DNA of 64,000 nt from Camelus ferus (Eukaryota): positions 56,980,001 to 57,044,000 of the forward strand of contig NC_045707.1 of NCBI RefSeq assembly GCF_009834535.1. The letters run 5' to 3'. A program made the position numbers and the translations under genes. Shown in pieces: positions 1 through 14,400 of the stretch (within the stretch, counting starts at the first letter, position 1; each line of letters begins with the position of its first letter). The notes below the pieces were generated by a model. It made no database searches and was not told where the DNA came from. It saw nothing but the letters and a program-made list of their open reading frames with translations.

Positions 1-1839
1 TTTTGTATTTTCTGAAGCCATTTATATGCTTTTAATGAAAATGCCAACATTTGATTGTATTATTACTTACAATATTAGAGAACTGTTTGAATAGTGGAAA
101 TAAAAATAAAGAGTAATGAAGTCCAAAAATGTAATGACTGCAATCCTGATGAGATAGACAAAATAGAGATATTTGGTAGATAGTTGTAATTTTATTAGAA
201 TTACGTATTGATAACCATGTTAAAAATATAGCTATTGTTGAAATTATTATTGTTGAATGTTATAGTTATGTTGGAAATAGAGATCATAACCATCCAGTAT
301 AAAAGCAAATCTAAGCAAACATTTAAAATTTTATTGCTCTTGCAACCATTGTTTTAAAGTTAAAACTAAAAATAACAGTTTTACATGCCAGTTATTGCTT
401 TAAGAATGGTCTTAAAAATCTTTAATATTACTTATAAAAGAATTTTTTTTATTATTAAAAACTAAGCTTAGATTCCATGGTCAGACAAGGTAACTTTATG
501 TCTTTAGGTATAAACAAAATCAGTTCAGATGTAAAATTTGGAAATAGCCAAAATTCATATACTGTTCATGTACTATATTTTTCATCAAAGGGTCACCAGA
601 AACTTACTGGTGACGTGCATTTAAATTTTAGCACCCAGTCAGTTCATCTAATGTGAGTTGGGAAGGCTGGTCAGCCGAAGTGGAGGAGATTAAAAATAAA
701 GGTATGTAGTGTGTTCTCATTCATTCAATAAATACTTGTTGACTGAATAGAGATAGTGTAGTGGTAAAAATTCTAAACAAACACCAAGTGAACCTATACT
801 TCCCACCTCTGAGCTATTTGGCCGTTCATTAGGATAGATGAATTCATTCATTAAACCATTAATTAAATAACCATTTTTTGAACTTGACAAGAGGTGAATC
901 CTTACAGTGCAAACCTCTGATTCTCATATCAAGACAATTTGATCATTCATTTGACCAGTTCAGTTTCACAAGCTTTCAAAGTCTATCCATTCTCACTGAA
1001 AAACATTGAAAATGAATGTTACATATGAGCTGATCAAACTGCAGTAGACTACATGAAGTTGCTTTACTGGTTTTAATATGTTTCAGTGATGCTTATAAAT
1101 CTTATGTGCAAAAACCAGAGTTGGAAAGTGACATAGCTGTTGGCTTGGTGTCCCTAATTCTGTTTGTATAGATGTCTCAGTCTTTATGGTTTCCCAATTA
1201 ATATATAACAACACAAATCCAAATTACTGTGTCTGGAGAGTTGCTTAAGCGTAAATTGTAAATCCCTACTGTTCTTCTAGTTACTTTTCTTTGTTTTTTC
1301 ATGTTGTAACCTCAGTGAAATCTAAGCATGGAATTCAGTTAAATTAGAATAAGTATCTGTGTAGAAGCAAATTATGTGTTGGTGTAGTGAGACTTCTGTA
1401 AGACTCACTCTTGGAATTGTTAATTGAGTTTGGGGTAAAAATAGATGAAAAGAATCTGTTAATTAGATGTGGGCACTGTCTGGAAGCTGTTGTTAGATAA
1501 GTAAAAGCAAATATGAATTTAAAAACATCAGAATGAAAATCCCTGGAGAATTAGCATGAGGGGGTAGACATGATTTATTTTAAAAAGTAGTCGGGAAATT
1601 TTCAAGGTAAATTGAAATGCCTGTGCCACAAAAGAGTTATAAATAAAAATGATAAATAATGTAAACAGCATGATTTTTATTCCTAAAAATAATTGAAGAC
1701 ATCTGTGTCTAAATCATTTTGACAGATCAGGGCAGGTAAATTCCCTTGCTATCATCAGATCTCAGAACTGTAGTCCTGACCTAAATAAATATTTGCATTC
1801 TGTATGCAGTGAATCATTTCATTAATCTTCAAAAGGCAT

Positions 1840-2095
1840 TATAGCATAATTCTTAAGAACCATAAGTTTTGAAGGTGCCAGACCTGGATTGGAAACCTAT
1901 CTCTGTTGTATCTTTTTCTGGATGACCTCAAATATATTACTTATTCCCTTTATACTAGTTTCCTCATTTGTGAAATAAAAATAATAATACCCAATCTATA
2001 AAGTTATTGGGAAGATTAAATAAGGTAACATATGTAAATTGCTTTGCATGTATGTGGCATATAGTAGGTGTTCAACACACAGCAACTATTGTTAT
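1840..2095 (+). mobile_element. MIR SINE relic
   Basis: MIR core-like text: agtttcctcatttgtgaaataaaaataataataccc...gttattgggaagattaaat. Confidence 0.7.
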
Positions 2096-3111
2096 TGCTA
2101 GCAGTTCTTAATTAGAAATCTAATTTATAAGCTCCTGTTTATTTGTCTTCTTCCTTATCTAGCTTCATGGAACCTTGTATTAACATTTTCAGAAAGATGA
2201 GGAGAGAAAAACAAAATGAAAATTAAACTAATTTATGTTGCTTCGCTGTTTCCACTTTAAGAACTTTCTTGGCAGTAATAAATTTCTAGATACCCTTAGA
2301 ATTCCACTTTCCATCTAATGTCGATCTATTCTAAGTCTAAAGCATATAAACACAGTGTATACTTCAGTGCACCTGAATCATTATCTAGAGTACACTATAC
2401 TTGTAAATATTTTTTAATATTTTAAGACACAATGAAGTTGCCTATCACTTTATACTTACAGAATATCCTTTGTAGACTTTCATTAAGCTGCCCATCCGTG
2501 AGCCTGTTCCTCTCCTCCTTTACAATTTTTTGTGCCTTCTGCTTTGTCTCCTCACACTAAGAGTTATGAATATCCTACAAGGCTATGTCAATATGTCTTG
2601 TTCTTTTCTTTCTTTGTTTCCCCAGTGAGCTCTTCCATGCCCAGGGCTCCTTTTTAACCTTGAATCATGTAATATGAACATTGGGAAAGACTTCAAGTTC
2701 ATACCGTCTTCCACGTGGATAACTAATTTTCTTCTCCTTGTATACATTCTCAAGTACTTTTCCATCCAATTTTTACAACTCTCTATAGATCTTTTCCATT
2801 CATATAGTCTGCTGTCATTCAGCATTCCATAAATATTTCTAGAGTGCTTTCTACTTGCCAGCTAGTATACTAAGAACTGGGAATAAATAATCAGATACCG
2901 TTTCTGATCTCAAGGCACTCAGTGTCAAAATGGGCTAACAGCCAGTTGTCCTAGTGAGCATTTGTGTGACAGGAGTTATTGGAAAATGCTAAGGAGTTAT
3001 ATAACCTGAATATTTGGGAGGAGGATGGTCCCAGAACCCATCCCCAAATGAGTGGCATATATGCTAAGACCTAAAAGATGATTGACAGTCAGTCAAGAAG
3101 GAGGAAGGGTG

Positions 3112-3921
3112 TGTAGGGAAAACTTCTCAACTACCTCCTGTGGTTCTCCTCTGCCCTCACACTACTGCCACACTCACAACACTTATGACACCAGGTTTGT
3201 GGGACTTTCTCCCCTACTGAGCAATTCACTGCAACACCAGCTGGATGTCCTACAGTTTAACTCAATTCTGACACTGTTTACCTGTAATTAGCATTAGATC
3301 CTACAGGTTAAGGGCTCAGTCTCAAAGGACCACTCCCATCCACTTTGGATGCCATTTGCAAGTCCAAGTTGTCATCTGTGCATCTGACTAAATGGACATA
3401 ATAAACCAGTGGCTTCCACTACCACCTCCTTGGGTTGTATTAATTTGTTAGGGCAGCTCACAGAACTCAGGGAAACACTTACTTACATTTACCAATTTAT
3501 TAAAGGGTATGATAAAGGATACAGATGAACTCCAGATGAAAAGATATGGAGAGTGAGGTCTGGGAGGGTCCCAAGCTTAGGAGCTCCTGTCACTGTGGAT
3601 CTGGTGTGTGGAACCTCCCCAACCCCTGTATTTTTGGGATGTTTATGAAGTCTTCATTACAAAGGCATGATCAATCATTAATTTTATTTCCAGTGCCTGT
3701 CCCCTCTCTGGAGAATAAAGGATGGGGCTGAAAATTCCAGGCTTGTAATCATGGCTTGGTCCTTCTGGTGATGGACCCTCATCCAGGAACCTATTCAGGG
3801 TCCCCCATTAGAACAGAAGGTGCTCTGAGAGGTGTTACCACTTAGGAATTTACAAGGGTTTTAGGAGCTCTGTGGCATAAACTGGGGCAGAGACCAATAT
3901 ATATTTTTTCTATTATCTCGT
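3112..3921 (-). mobile_element. Solo ERV LTR, MER21-like, inserted in an L2 relic
   Basis: Recognisable block cagctcacagaactcagggaaacacttacttacatttacc...tttattaaagg...gatacagatgaa; boundaries approximate. Confidence 0.7.
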
Positions 3922-5790
3922 AAAGGGCATCCCAAATGAATATAAAAATTCACAGCCAAGATTGCATTTTGATTGTGTGTGACTACAAGTCCTTCTGTAA
4001 GCTAGAACATAAAGTATGAATAAGATAAAGTTGAAGAGATGAATGATCATCATTATCATTACACATAATACATGTTTAATATACATCATATTTGACTAAG
4101 TACTTTACAGTACAAACACACTAGATATTATTATCCCTCATTTTAGAGCAGAGGAACATGAACTTGAGGTTAAGAAATTTGTACAAAAGTCATACAATCA
4201 GTAACACCTGGAAGGGCCAGGACTCATCCTAGGCCTTTAAGGATATTTAAAAATGCTATGCTTCTGGGAATTATTTCCCAAATAAACTACTTGTGTGCAA
4301 TTACTTGTCTCAGAGTCTGCTATTGAGAAATCTTGCACTTGGAAAAAAAAAGATAGTATATGTGAAAAGATAATGTAAACAAGCAAATTTATGTAATATA
4401 CTGAACAGTTTTGGGGACGTTGTAAGAGCTCATTAAATGATTGTTATTTTGTTGTTGTCATGCCGTTTATTTCTTTGTTTCCTTCCTTTACTAGAATGTG
4501 AGCTCCTTGAGAGGATTTGATCTGCATTTTCCCAGTGGCATATGATACTTAGAACAGTGATCAATGAATATTTTTTGACTAAAGGGATTAGTACAGTTTA
4601 AACACTTGAGGAATCCCAAAATGTGGGAATATACAGCTATTAAATAGATTCTGTTATTTTCTCCTAAATCACATTTCTCTTAAGAATCACATGTTTTTGT
4701 ATGTTTCCTGACCTCTGAAGATTCTAAGGCATCAACTATCACTGGTGTTTTAGCTTTCTTTTGAAGAAGGTATTTTACATCATATGAAGAATTCACTAAA
4801 ATATTTTTTATAAGTCTTGAACTTTTGTTTTCAACCATGATTTTCATCTTCTGAACCCTCTGCCTGGAAAGTTCTTCTCACAGATACACACATTGCTTCC
4901 TCCATCTCATCCTCGGGTTTATACTCAGAAATTAATTAATTCCTAATTCAACTGCACTTCACAACACCCTTTCCTTACTTTAATTTTCCCTTGGCAATTA
5001 TCACCTTTTAAAAAATGTATTCTACATATTTTTGTTTGTAGTTTCTCTCCCTCAACAAGAATGAAAGTTCCATTAAGGCAAGAATTTCTGCCTTTTCCCC
5101 CTCTCATTGTATTTTCCTAATACCCTATACATCATCAGTACTCAGTAATATGCGTGAAAGGAATGACTCTTTCCAGGCCATCAAAGAAAACCATTGTTCA
5201 GTGGAAGAGGATGGAAGAGAGTCTGTTGGAAGACATGGTAGGATCCCTGAAATAGTCTGGTAGAAAAAAGGAATGTGGGGTGGGGAATTTTCCTAACTGG
5301 AAGACCAGCCATTAAGACCACCACTAGTCCACTGTCTGAGGTCAGAACTTGTCAGAGGTTGATAAGAGCCAAAAATAATCTGACAGAGGCAAAAGTTTGA
5401 AGAACAAAACTTGGAAGACTACCTTGGGAATGTAATGGGTTTGGAAGTGCCTAGAAGTAGTGAGTCAGGCTCTCAGAAGCTTAATGAGCTATCAGGAAAC
5501 ACAAAGAAGGGTCAAGGCAAGGCAATAAGCCAGAGAGCGAGGATCACACAGTTGCCAGAATTTTAGTTGAAGTACTCTAGCTTTCTGAGTCACCTGCCAT
5601 TCTTTTATCTTCTTCCAGATACTTTTGCCACGGGAATATTAAACAGCGTGTAGTACTAGGAACACAAAGAGATCATGTTCTTCTGTCTACCTGAAAAGTT
5701 GTCTCCTACTGTCCCCCTGGTAAACTGTTAGTTATTTTGCAAATTCGCACTTAGATATTGCATGCACTGTGTTGCCTTCCATGGTCCCTG

Positions 5791-6258
5791 CTATATTTGC
5801 AAGGACGCTTTTAGTTGCAAGTGACAGAAAACCAACCCAAGCCAAGTTGACCACAAAAGGGAAATTTTTGGCTCATTTTACTGAAATGCCAGGGATAGAG
5901 CTGATTTAAGAATGGCTAAAATCAGCAAGAAAGTGAGTCATCAGGGCTCCATCTTTTCCACCTGCTTTCTTCCCAAGGAGGAACTGATGGCAAACCTACC
6001 CTGATTATATCCTACCATCTTACCTTCCATAGTAGAAAGAGACTCTTCCCCATACCTCTGCCAGAAATATCTGTCAAGGAATGTTCTGATTGCCCTGGCT
6101 TGGATCAGGTGCCCGCCCTTTTGCCATGAGCTTTGGACTCTGACTGACAGTCTGTCTAGCATTAGCAAAGGGAAGGAAAATTCCCCAGTGAAAATGTAAG
6201 ATATTGTCACCAAAAAGAATATGAAGGAATGCTGGGCATTTAAAAACAAATGTCAACA
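5791..6258. mobile_element. Ancient MaLR/ERVL LTR (MLT1/LTR33-like)
   Basis: gttgcaagtgacagaaaaccaacccaag...aaagggaaatttttggctca start and ggaatgctgggca...aacaaatgtcaaca end. Confidence 0.6.
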
Positions 6259-9044
6259 AATATTTGACAAATCATGATTGATCAGTTAAAATAATCATTA
6301 AAGTTTCTCTTGACCAGAGATCCATGGGCCTTCAGTGGATTGATATGCTGAAAGTATGCAAAATTCTGCCTATATGGTAATCTCTCCAGGGAGGAGTCCA
6401 TAGTTTAATGTACAAAAGATTACGAGGTTGGAGGGTAGCATTACTTGGAAAGGAAGTGCTTTCCCCTCATGCCCACCCACCCTTAACTTCCCCTGGCTTA
6501 ATAGAGCCCAAATGCAAAGCCATGTGAGACAATGTGACAGAGTATAAAGCATAAAGCAAGGGACTTTGATTCCTTAGTACTCATTAAATTTTCTTTATCT
6601 CAGTTTAATCACTTGTTAAATGTGGATCATATGACCTAATTTGCAGAGTAAAATAGCTTAGCACAGTGCTTGGCATATAGTGGATTTCCAGTACCTTCCT
6701 GCAGTTATGTAACAACTAGGTAAGCAACAGAGACTCCCCAGAAGGAATCCTCCCACCCACCATGCCATCCTATTTGTAGTAGATCACGCTGTTTAGCAGT
6801 GAGGGGTCCAGTCCTACTTTGGTATTCCAGACAAGTCTCTTGAGCCCTGCCTTTGACAGCGTTCTCTGTCAGTGAGAGCCCAGAGAATGTTTTAACGCCA
6901 TCAGCTTCTTTTCATTCCACTTGCTGTTTGCAAACTACTTCTCAAGCCAGCTGAGAGAATTTCCTAAAGAGGCCTGTGCTACCTTCAGCTTCAGATTCCT
7001 AGGTGACCTTCTCTGCCCCTTTGTACACACTGAAGAGCAGGCCCAACCCCCAAAGTTGCATTCGCAGGAGAGAACCTCTCACTTCCCAGTGTGAAAGGAA
7101 GCTTATTAACACTTAGAATTAAATCAGAAGCTAAAGCTTTGCTTTCATAACTACCCATGGTAATTTGTTATTGGGCAAAAATAGAACAGAATAAAATCAT
7201 ATAATAATGATAGAGAATATAGAGTTTTCTGCATCCATTCTCCTATTTCAGAAATCTAATTTGCAGGACTGATTTTTTGTAAAGAGTAGAGTTTGCATGT
7301 TAGTGGCTGAAAAGTTTGTTTTTCTTGGAATTGTCATGTATGTCAACGAATGCCTGCATGTCAATACTTCATGAAAAACTTGAAGTTTGTAGTACTTTAA
7401 CGTAGTGGCACAACTATATATTTGCATAAGGTATTTTCCATATGATTTCTTGTTTTGATTTTTTTTAAGGGCATTAATTCATCCTTTCACTGAGTCATTC
7501 AGTGAACCCTCATAGATGGCCTGCTTTATTTTAGGTACTAGAATGTATTTAATATTTATCAAATTATTAAGCAAATGGAAGTTATTCTGTAAACTGAGAG
7601 TTAAATTTGATTCTTAAATATCTTCTAAAAAGATCTCTCTTCACTTCTAAGTAAGTTAAATAATGAAAGAAAACGCATAGAATTTTTAAATTTATTGTTA
7701 CCTTTGTCTTAACATACTTGTTAAGTCATAGATGTTTTCTTAGTGGAATCAGCATATACTACTTCAGTTTTTTAAAATTCATAATAAAAATTTTGATGTA
7801 TTGAAGGTAAAATCTCATTGCTTAATGTAAGAGATAGATGTTAAAAATGTCATATGAAAAGGATATATCAGGGGCTATTTCGTTCTTGTTCCTTTGATGT
7901 AATTCATTTCTACACTAACATGAGAGGAATGTCTCTGCACTCTAAATCTTTATCTTTTGTTGCTTCTGAATGGAGTGGGTTTTCAATCTTTGTTTTTCCA
8001 TATCCATTTATTATTTAATTCAACATTTTGTATTGAATCCCTGCACATAATAATATGATGTGCTGCTTCGTATGAAACTGTTGTTTTCAATAAGGTATTC
8101 CTTTGAAAATTAGTTTCCCATGAGATCTCCTTAGGACTTCTGCTAGGTACGTAAGCAAGCAAAGTAAGTAAATAGAGGAATAAAATAGTAGATTGTAATG
8201 AATAACATACACACAAAAATAAATACAGATTATTATAGTAAGTACAATGACAAGGTACGTTTGTTTTCTCTGAGGAGTGTGATTTTTTTCAGTTGATTGT
8301 TTTAAAAACTGGGATTGCGTCAGTGGTGGTCTGAACTGGAGAAGACTGTTTCAGGCAGGAAGGTCGTCGAGTTCCTCAGCTCTGGGTGAGAAAGAGCCAG
8401 GTCTATTTGAGGGATAGAAAGAAGGCCATTGTGGCTGAAGGGTTCTTGTAGGCGGTACAGACCTTGTTAAGTTTAAATTTGCACTAAATAAGTTGGGAAA
8501 ACACAAAGCTGCTTTAGAAAGCTGAGGAGTAAAACAATATAACTTAAGTTTAAAAGACGGATCTGACTGCTTTGTGGATAATAGACTGTAGATGGACACG
8601 AATAGGAATAAGGGGACCAATTATTTGGGATTGCATTGCTGCAAGAGTTCTCCATTATGTGGCGATCCGCCCTTAGATAGTGATACATCGTGTGTTTGAA
8701 TGCTGGAGGTCATATGCGAGATCACTTCTCATGAACACATCGTTGTCATCTGGGCACACAGGTGTGGCAGGCAGCAGGACAAACAATCTCTTGATTTCTT
8801 ACATATATTGTGATTATTTGTCTGTGTGACATGTTGGTCTCATAATTTCAACATATAAGTTTAATGTGATTCAATATTTATTATGTACTAAATACTATGG
8901 ACATTGATTTCCCCTAGAACCAATACTGACTCAGTATCTGAGTTGACAATGTAATGAAACTTGCCAAGAGACAATTTATGGCATTAACGTAATGCAATAT
9001 AAAATATTTTCAAAACAATATGTGTAAATAGCAAACATACTTTA

Positions 9045-9232
9045 TTTTATATTTTTAAAAAATTTTATTGACATGTAGTTGATTTACAATGTTAGTTTCA
9101 GGTGTACAGCAAAGTGATTCAGTTATACATATACATACATATATATGTATTTTTTCTTTTCAGATTCTTTTCCATTATGTTATTACAAGAAATTGAATAT
9201 AGTTTCCTGTGCTATACAGTAGGTCCTTGTTG
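9045..9232 (-). mobile_element. 5'-truncated L1 3' end with 16-bp TSD
   Basis: tagcaaacatacttta (9029-9044) vs tagcaaatatatttta (9233-9248), 14/16 identical; L1 3'UTR text tagttgatttacaatgttagtttcaggtgtacagc. Confidence 0.8.
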
Positions 9233-9949
9233 TAGCAAATATATTTTACAACACCATTTAAAATACTAGAATGCTATTTTCCACTCTGTATATTATTAAG
9301 ATTACTTAAACTACACTATCTGATAATCTATTTCTTAGTTTAAAGTATCATGTCTATAAAATTGAGCTAAAACTTTGCTAGAATTAATTACTTTCTGAGA
9401 ATTTTTTTTGTAAATTAACTATATTTGGACTAGAAAGCCAAGATAATGACCATTAAAATAATGACCATGAGACCAATTTAATTCTAAGTGTTCATGATAG
9501 TGGCACAAAATGATTTAATTCCAGTATTTGTATTTGCCCTGTTTTAAATTGTAGATGTGCTGTCTCTTAGGGTAAGTTAATGTGCTCATACTGAGTCTTC
9601 AGTCTTCAATCTTTTCATTTGTTTCTTTTACACTTTGAAAATTCAGACCAATATAAATTTTATTACATTTCAAAAGTTAATTTAAAAAGTTAAAAAGATA
9701 GATACATTTTCCAACTAGAGAATATTTTCTTAAGTAAATTTCACATTCCTATAAATATGATAAATATTGTTCAAAATGCTAACTTAGATTTAAAAACATT
9801 TTTTTGAAATAATTGAGTAAAGTTTAGTGTTTGTTTTAATGATTATTTGTTTGTATTCATTAGTTCCTAACTACATTCAAGTAAACTCAAATTTTTAATA
9901 CCTTACGCTCTATTTTAGATTTTAAAGGCATAGCGCTTTTATTTTGCAG

Positions 9950-10066
9950 ATTGTTGCCTTGCGTGAACAAAATGTTCATATACAAAGAAAAATGGCATCA
10001 AGTGAGGGGTCCACAGAGTCAGAACATCTTGAAGGGATGGAACCTGGCCAGAAGGTCCATGAAAAG
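9950..10066 (+). CDS. PPFIA2: PPFIA2 coding exon (117 nt, phase 0-0): IVALREQNVHIQRKMASSEGSTESEHLEGMEPGQKVHEK
   Basis: ttttattttgcag|ATTGTT ... GAAAAG|gtatga; open frame; not in the ORF track. Confidence 0.96.
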
Positions 10067-11149
10067 GTATGACACATATGACATGCTCTTACATGGAAAT
10101 GTTTACTTACTGTATATCATTTGACAGGAATATGAAATATGAAATCCATGTAATAAACATTTTTTGTTATTTTTTCACTTGTTGGCCAAAAATGCATCAT
10201 GATTTCCCATATCATTAATTGCTCCTAATTTTATTCTCCTAAAAATAATATATGTGTATGTTTATGCACATATATATTTGCATTTCTCATTACTTTTTAA
10301 CTTGATTCTCTTAGAAAGAATATAATTATATATCCATTGGAAATGTCTATAATTGAGCAAACATATCTATGTAGATACATTAATAATATATATCTAGGGT
10401 TGTTTAAAGTACAATAATAATAACTTTGATTTGTGAGTGGTATTATGTATAATTGGTGACTAATCTGTGACTTATCACTGCAAAAGTGTTTTGATAATCT
10501 CTTATTTGACTTAGTACTTTCCATGTGTTTGGGAAAACCCCCGCAGTACTCTTGCTAATGAGAAATTACATAGTAAAATATCTGAAGTCATGGGACTTTT
10601 ATTATAGTTTTTTAAAAAAAGAATTGATTCTCTTTTAGAGGGGGGCTTAGGTCCAGGTCAAGGAAACCAGAAATCTGTTTGGCCCTTTTCTGTACTAAAC
10701 TGCTTATTCCCAGCACAAGACAAGGAAGGTCAGTTGCTGGTAGATAGTTCTGGAATCAGATTAAGATTACAGAGGCATTTGCACATTCTGTGCATGAGGC
10801 TTAGACAATCTCCTGGATATTTGCCTTTAACAAGTTATATCTTTGGATGACTGAGCTCCTTAATCATCAAGACTGCATGAATCAGGTTGCTAAGTTGGTG
10901 TCATTGTGAATATCAATAATTTTTAAAACAAAGGGATTAGGAGCAAGTGACTGGACCACAAAACAAATAGCACTAGACTTCTTATAGAAAATAAATTGAG
11001 CACTTCCTCATTTATCCATTTTGAAATAAATGGAGGGGCTTCTTATGTTTCTTCTTTCAAATATAAAAGCAAAAGAAGGTCAATATATATTATAGAATAT
11101 ATTCTAATATATATTTATTTATATGACATTTCTTTGCCTGACATATCTT

Positions 11150-11414
11150 TTGTTTCCAGCTTTAATGAGATATAATTTGACATATGAGATTGTGTAAGGT
11201 GTACAATGTGATGATTTGGTATACATATATATTGTGAAATGATTACCACAATAAGGTTAGTTAACACATTCATCACCTTGTGTTTGTTTGTGTGTGTGTG
11301 TTGTGGCAAGAACATTAAAGATTTACTCTCTTAGCAACTTTCTGGTATACAGTATGGTTAACTATAGTCACCATGTGTACATTAAATCCCCAGAACTTAT
11401 TCATCTTCTAACTT
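11150..11414 (-). mobile_element. L1MA-type 3' end
   Basis: taaggtgtacaatgtgatgattt...taactatagtcaccatg...cccagaacttattcatctt; flanked by ctgacat(a/t)tctt. Confidence 0.75.
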
Positions 11415-14400
11415 CTGACATTTCTTGACAAAAGATGAAACAAATCCTAATTATTATTTTTATCATCCTTACATAAATACTGCTAAATTATATACATGAA
11501 CATTATAAACCATCTTTTCAAAATTATTCGCTCTAACATGATTATTTTAAAGTATATCAATACTACTGAATAGCAAGTGTTATAGGATTGTAATTTAAAT
11601 CTTAACACTTAATTTTTTTTATTAAGAACTGTTTAAAAGGTATATTCAAGCAAAGAAAAGGAGAAAATCATTTTGAGGAGTGTCTATGTAATGAAGATTA
11701 TCAGTGTAGAATGACTGTAGTATTAATGCATACATTGCAAAGTGTTTTTTGAGGAGAAAAACACAAAACTATTGTTAAATACTATGGAACTGTCAGAAAG
11801 TGACTTGTAAATCCTAGTCACAAGGATTACCCTTTGTTTAGGGCAGTAAAGTTACTTAAATTACATAGTCAGGGTAGGTTATTTGCCAACAGGAGATGAT
11901 TTACATCAGCAGCTTGAAAACTCTGTTGACAAAATAGTTGATAAAAATAGTCTCATAAAAGCACACTCTGAAATAGGCCTATTACTCATAGAAGAGTTGT
12001 GTAATTATTACAAACATTTTAAAAACAAAAAATTGAAAAGAAAAAATAGGCTTAACTGAAATAAGTTTGTTTCTATGTGCTATATATTTTATCAGTTGTT
12101 CTAGAAGAACATAAATAGTCATAGGATAATACAGATTTTCAGAAACTGAATTTTACCTCATTAAAAGTTCAGGACTAGGATCAGTAACTTTCTTCCTGTT
12201 GCTTTCTAGAGGGGAGCTGACTCATGAAATTTTCTTCGTAAACATGCTGGTCTTGTAAAAGAGATTATAGTAATCCTTACTCATATATTTTGCTCTTCCA
12301 ATTATTTTTTCCAACTGCAGATGTTTAGTAAGTGATTTGAATAAGCAGAATGTTAGACAGTGGTAGAGATTCAGAAGACAGTCCCTGTAATAAATTTGTT
12401 AAGAAACTAGGGTGAGAAATAATCTACCCAATTTAATATTGCAAAACATGATGAGTAAAGTAGTGACAAAAATGATGCTAGAGTTTGAAGGTGAGACAGA
12501 TACATTAATTGTTTGGAGGTGTCAGAGAGGCAACATGGAATGGTAATTTGTTTAAAGTCAGTAGACCTGGATTTGAATCCTGTCTCTGCTGGTTACTAGC
12601 TGTATGTCCTTATGTTATAACCTCCCTGAGCATCAGTTACAGGTAAATAGTCATGCCTAACTCACAGCTTCCTTGTAAAGAGTAGAAACACTGACTATGA
12701 ATGACAAAATTCTTGACACACTGATTATGAGCAATAAATAGTGTGGTTATAATAATTATTAATACTGTGTTCTCATGGTCATTCATTTCTCAATAAATAT
12801 TTAGTGGTGACCTTATTGAAGGCCCCAGGAAATTGGTCCCATTCTAGGTGGCAGGATGAACAAGGTGGATGAGGGCATAGGCAGTAAGCACACGCACATA
12901 CAAGGGAGTGAAAGTGATGGATGGGCAGGTGCAAGGTGGGTGAGGAGGACTCTGAACTTGGGTACTCTGAATGAACCGAGCTGGTGCTTCCCTTTTCAAA
13001 AGTGTTGCTTTTGTTAGTCTCTCCTCTTAGAATTTGACATTGCTTTGTGACTGTTCTTTAAATTAAAAAGAAATGCAGCATAATAATTGAGCAACAGTAA
13101 TATGTTAATGTACAAGCTGAATAAATACAAAATTAGAAATAGATTTTTGTTTGCATTTTTCCAGTTCTTGAATTCCTGCCAGATAGGCAAAAGGGTTATG
13201 GCCAAAAACATGTAAAACTAAATGAAGAAATGAAACTAAATTAATCATGTAAAACTAAGTGGCAAGAATAATTCTCAGATCAGAAAATCTGGTAATTAAG
13301 TGTCTCATGCTTGCATTGTAGGATTCTGTGCAGGAAGGACATTGAGCTGAAGTGTTGTATAAAAGATGAAATATGGGATGTGCCTTTACCAGAATTAAGG
13401 GTTCTATGAATTTTTAGGAATATAATGCTATATTTTAGGCTGAACCAACAATAACAGAAATGGGGACCTAGAAAAGTTTATCTATGTGAGCAATATGATC
13501 GTCAGTGATGACAAAAGGATTTTATTTCCTCATGCTATTGTGTCATATTATGAAATACCATAATATGCAGGTTCTGCATAGTCTCATACAAACCTGTTAG
13601 CTGTACTTTTAAATGTTGGATTTATGAACACACCACATTTCTATTTAAAAATACTAATAAACATAATTTATCACAAATGCCATTCTTTTAAAGATCTCTG
13701 CTACGTTTTAGCTGAAAGTCCTCATCCATAGGGATGTTCCAGTGTGTTAACTGTATTTTGCCCATTTTTGTATGCCTTCCTCACTACATGTCAACTACTG
13801 CCATAACTATACATCCAGAAATTCATTTTTTCTTAATTATGGCTAATTGTACATATTATTGATTAAGCCCCAATTTTTCCTCTAAATCAAAGATAATTAT
13901 AATTTGAATTTATTTACATCTGAATAGCCCTAACAGGATAGTTTCTTCTATGCATTGATCCCATGTATAATGATCTAATTCCTCATAATAACATGATAAT
14001 AAAAGGTATGCTTTTCTTTTATTCTTCAATTGAATTTTCAAGCAATGAAGCCAGACAGGAGAATCGGGTTTATGAATTTGCCCTTTTGGGGTTGGCACAT
14101 CTCCCAGGAAAGGGAAGGTCCAAGTATAGCCCTAGCTATATGGGGCTGGAGTGGCCTAGAGGTCTACAGTGGGCTGGAAAAGGGCCCAGAAGGGGCAAGG
14201 TTAAGCTGTTTCATGGGTCATCCATATGTGCATGAAGCTAGCCCATGCCAGTTTAATAGGAGTTGAGTTAAAGAGTAAGATTATGACCAAAAGGCATCTT
14301 CTATACGCAATGGCAAAAATAAGAAATAAAAATTTCCTGGTGTATGGGGTCTCCCTAAGTTCAAAACAAATCTCTCTCTGAATGTAGTGACTTGGTTTCT

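Noticed and set aside
592..614. Hairpin GTCACCAG-N7-CTGGTGAC
   Set aside because: An 8-bp stem is expected by chance in 64 kb; no supporting context.
7225..7360. Acceptor-like ...ctatttcag (7251) with two downstream TGCATG motifs
   Set aside because: Frame-0 stop after 6 codons and no convincing nearby donor; insufficient support for an exon.
11083..11117. AT-rich imperfect palindrome
   Set aside because: Low-complexity (AT)n symmetry.
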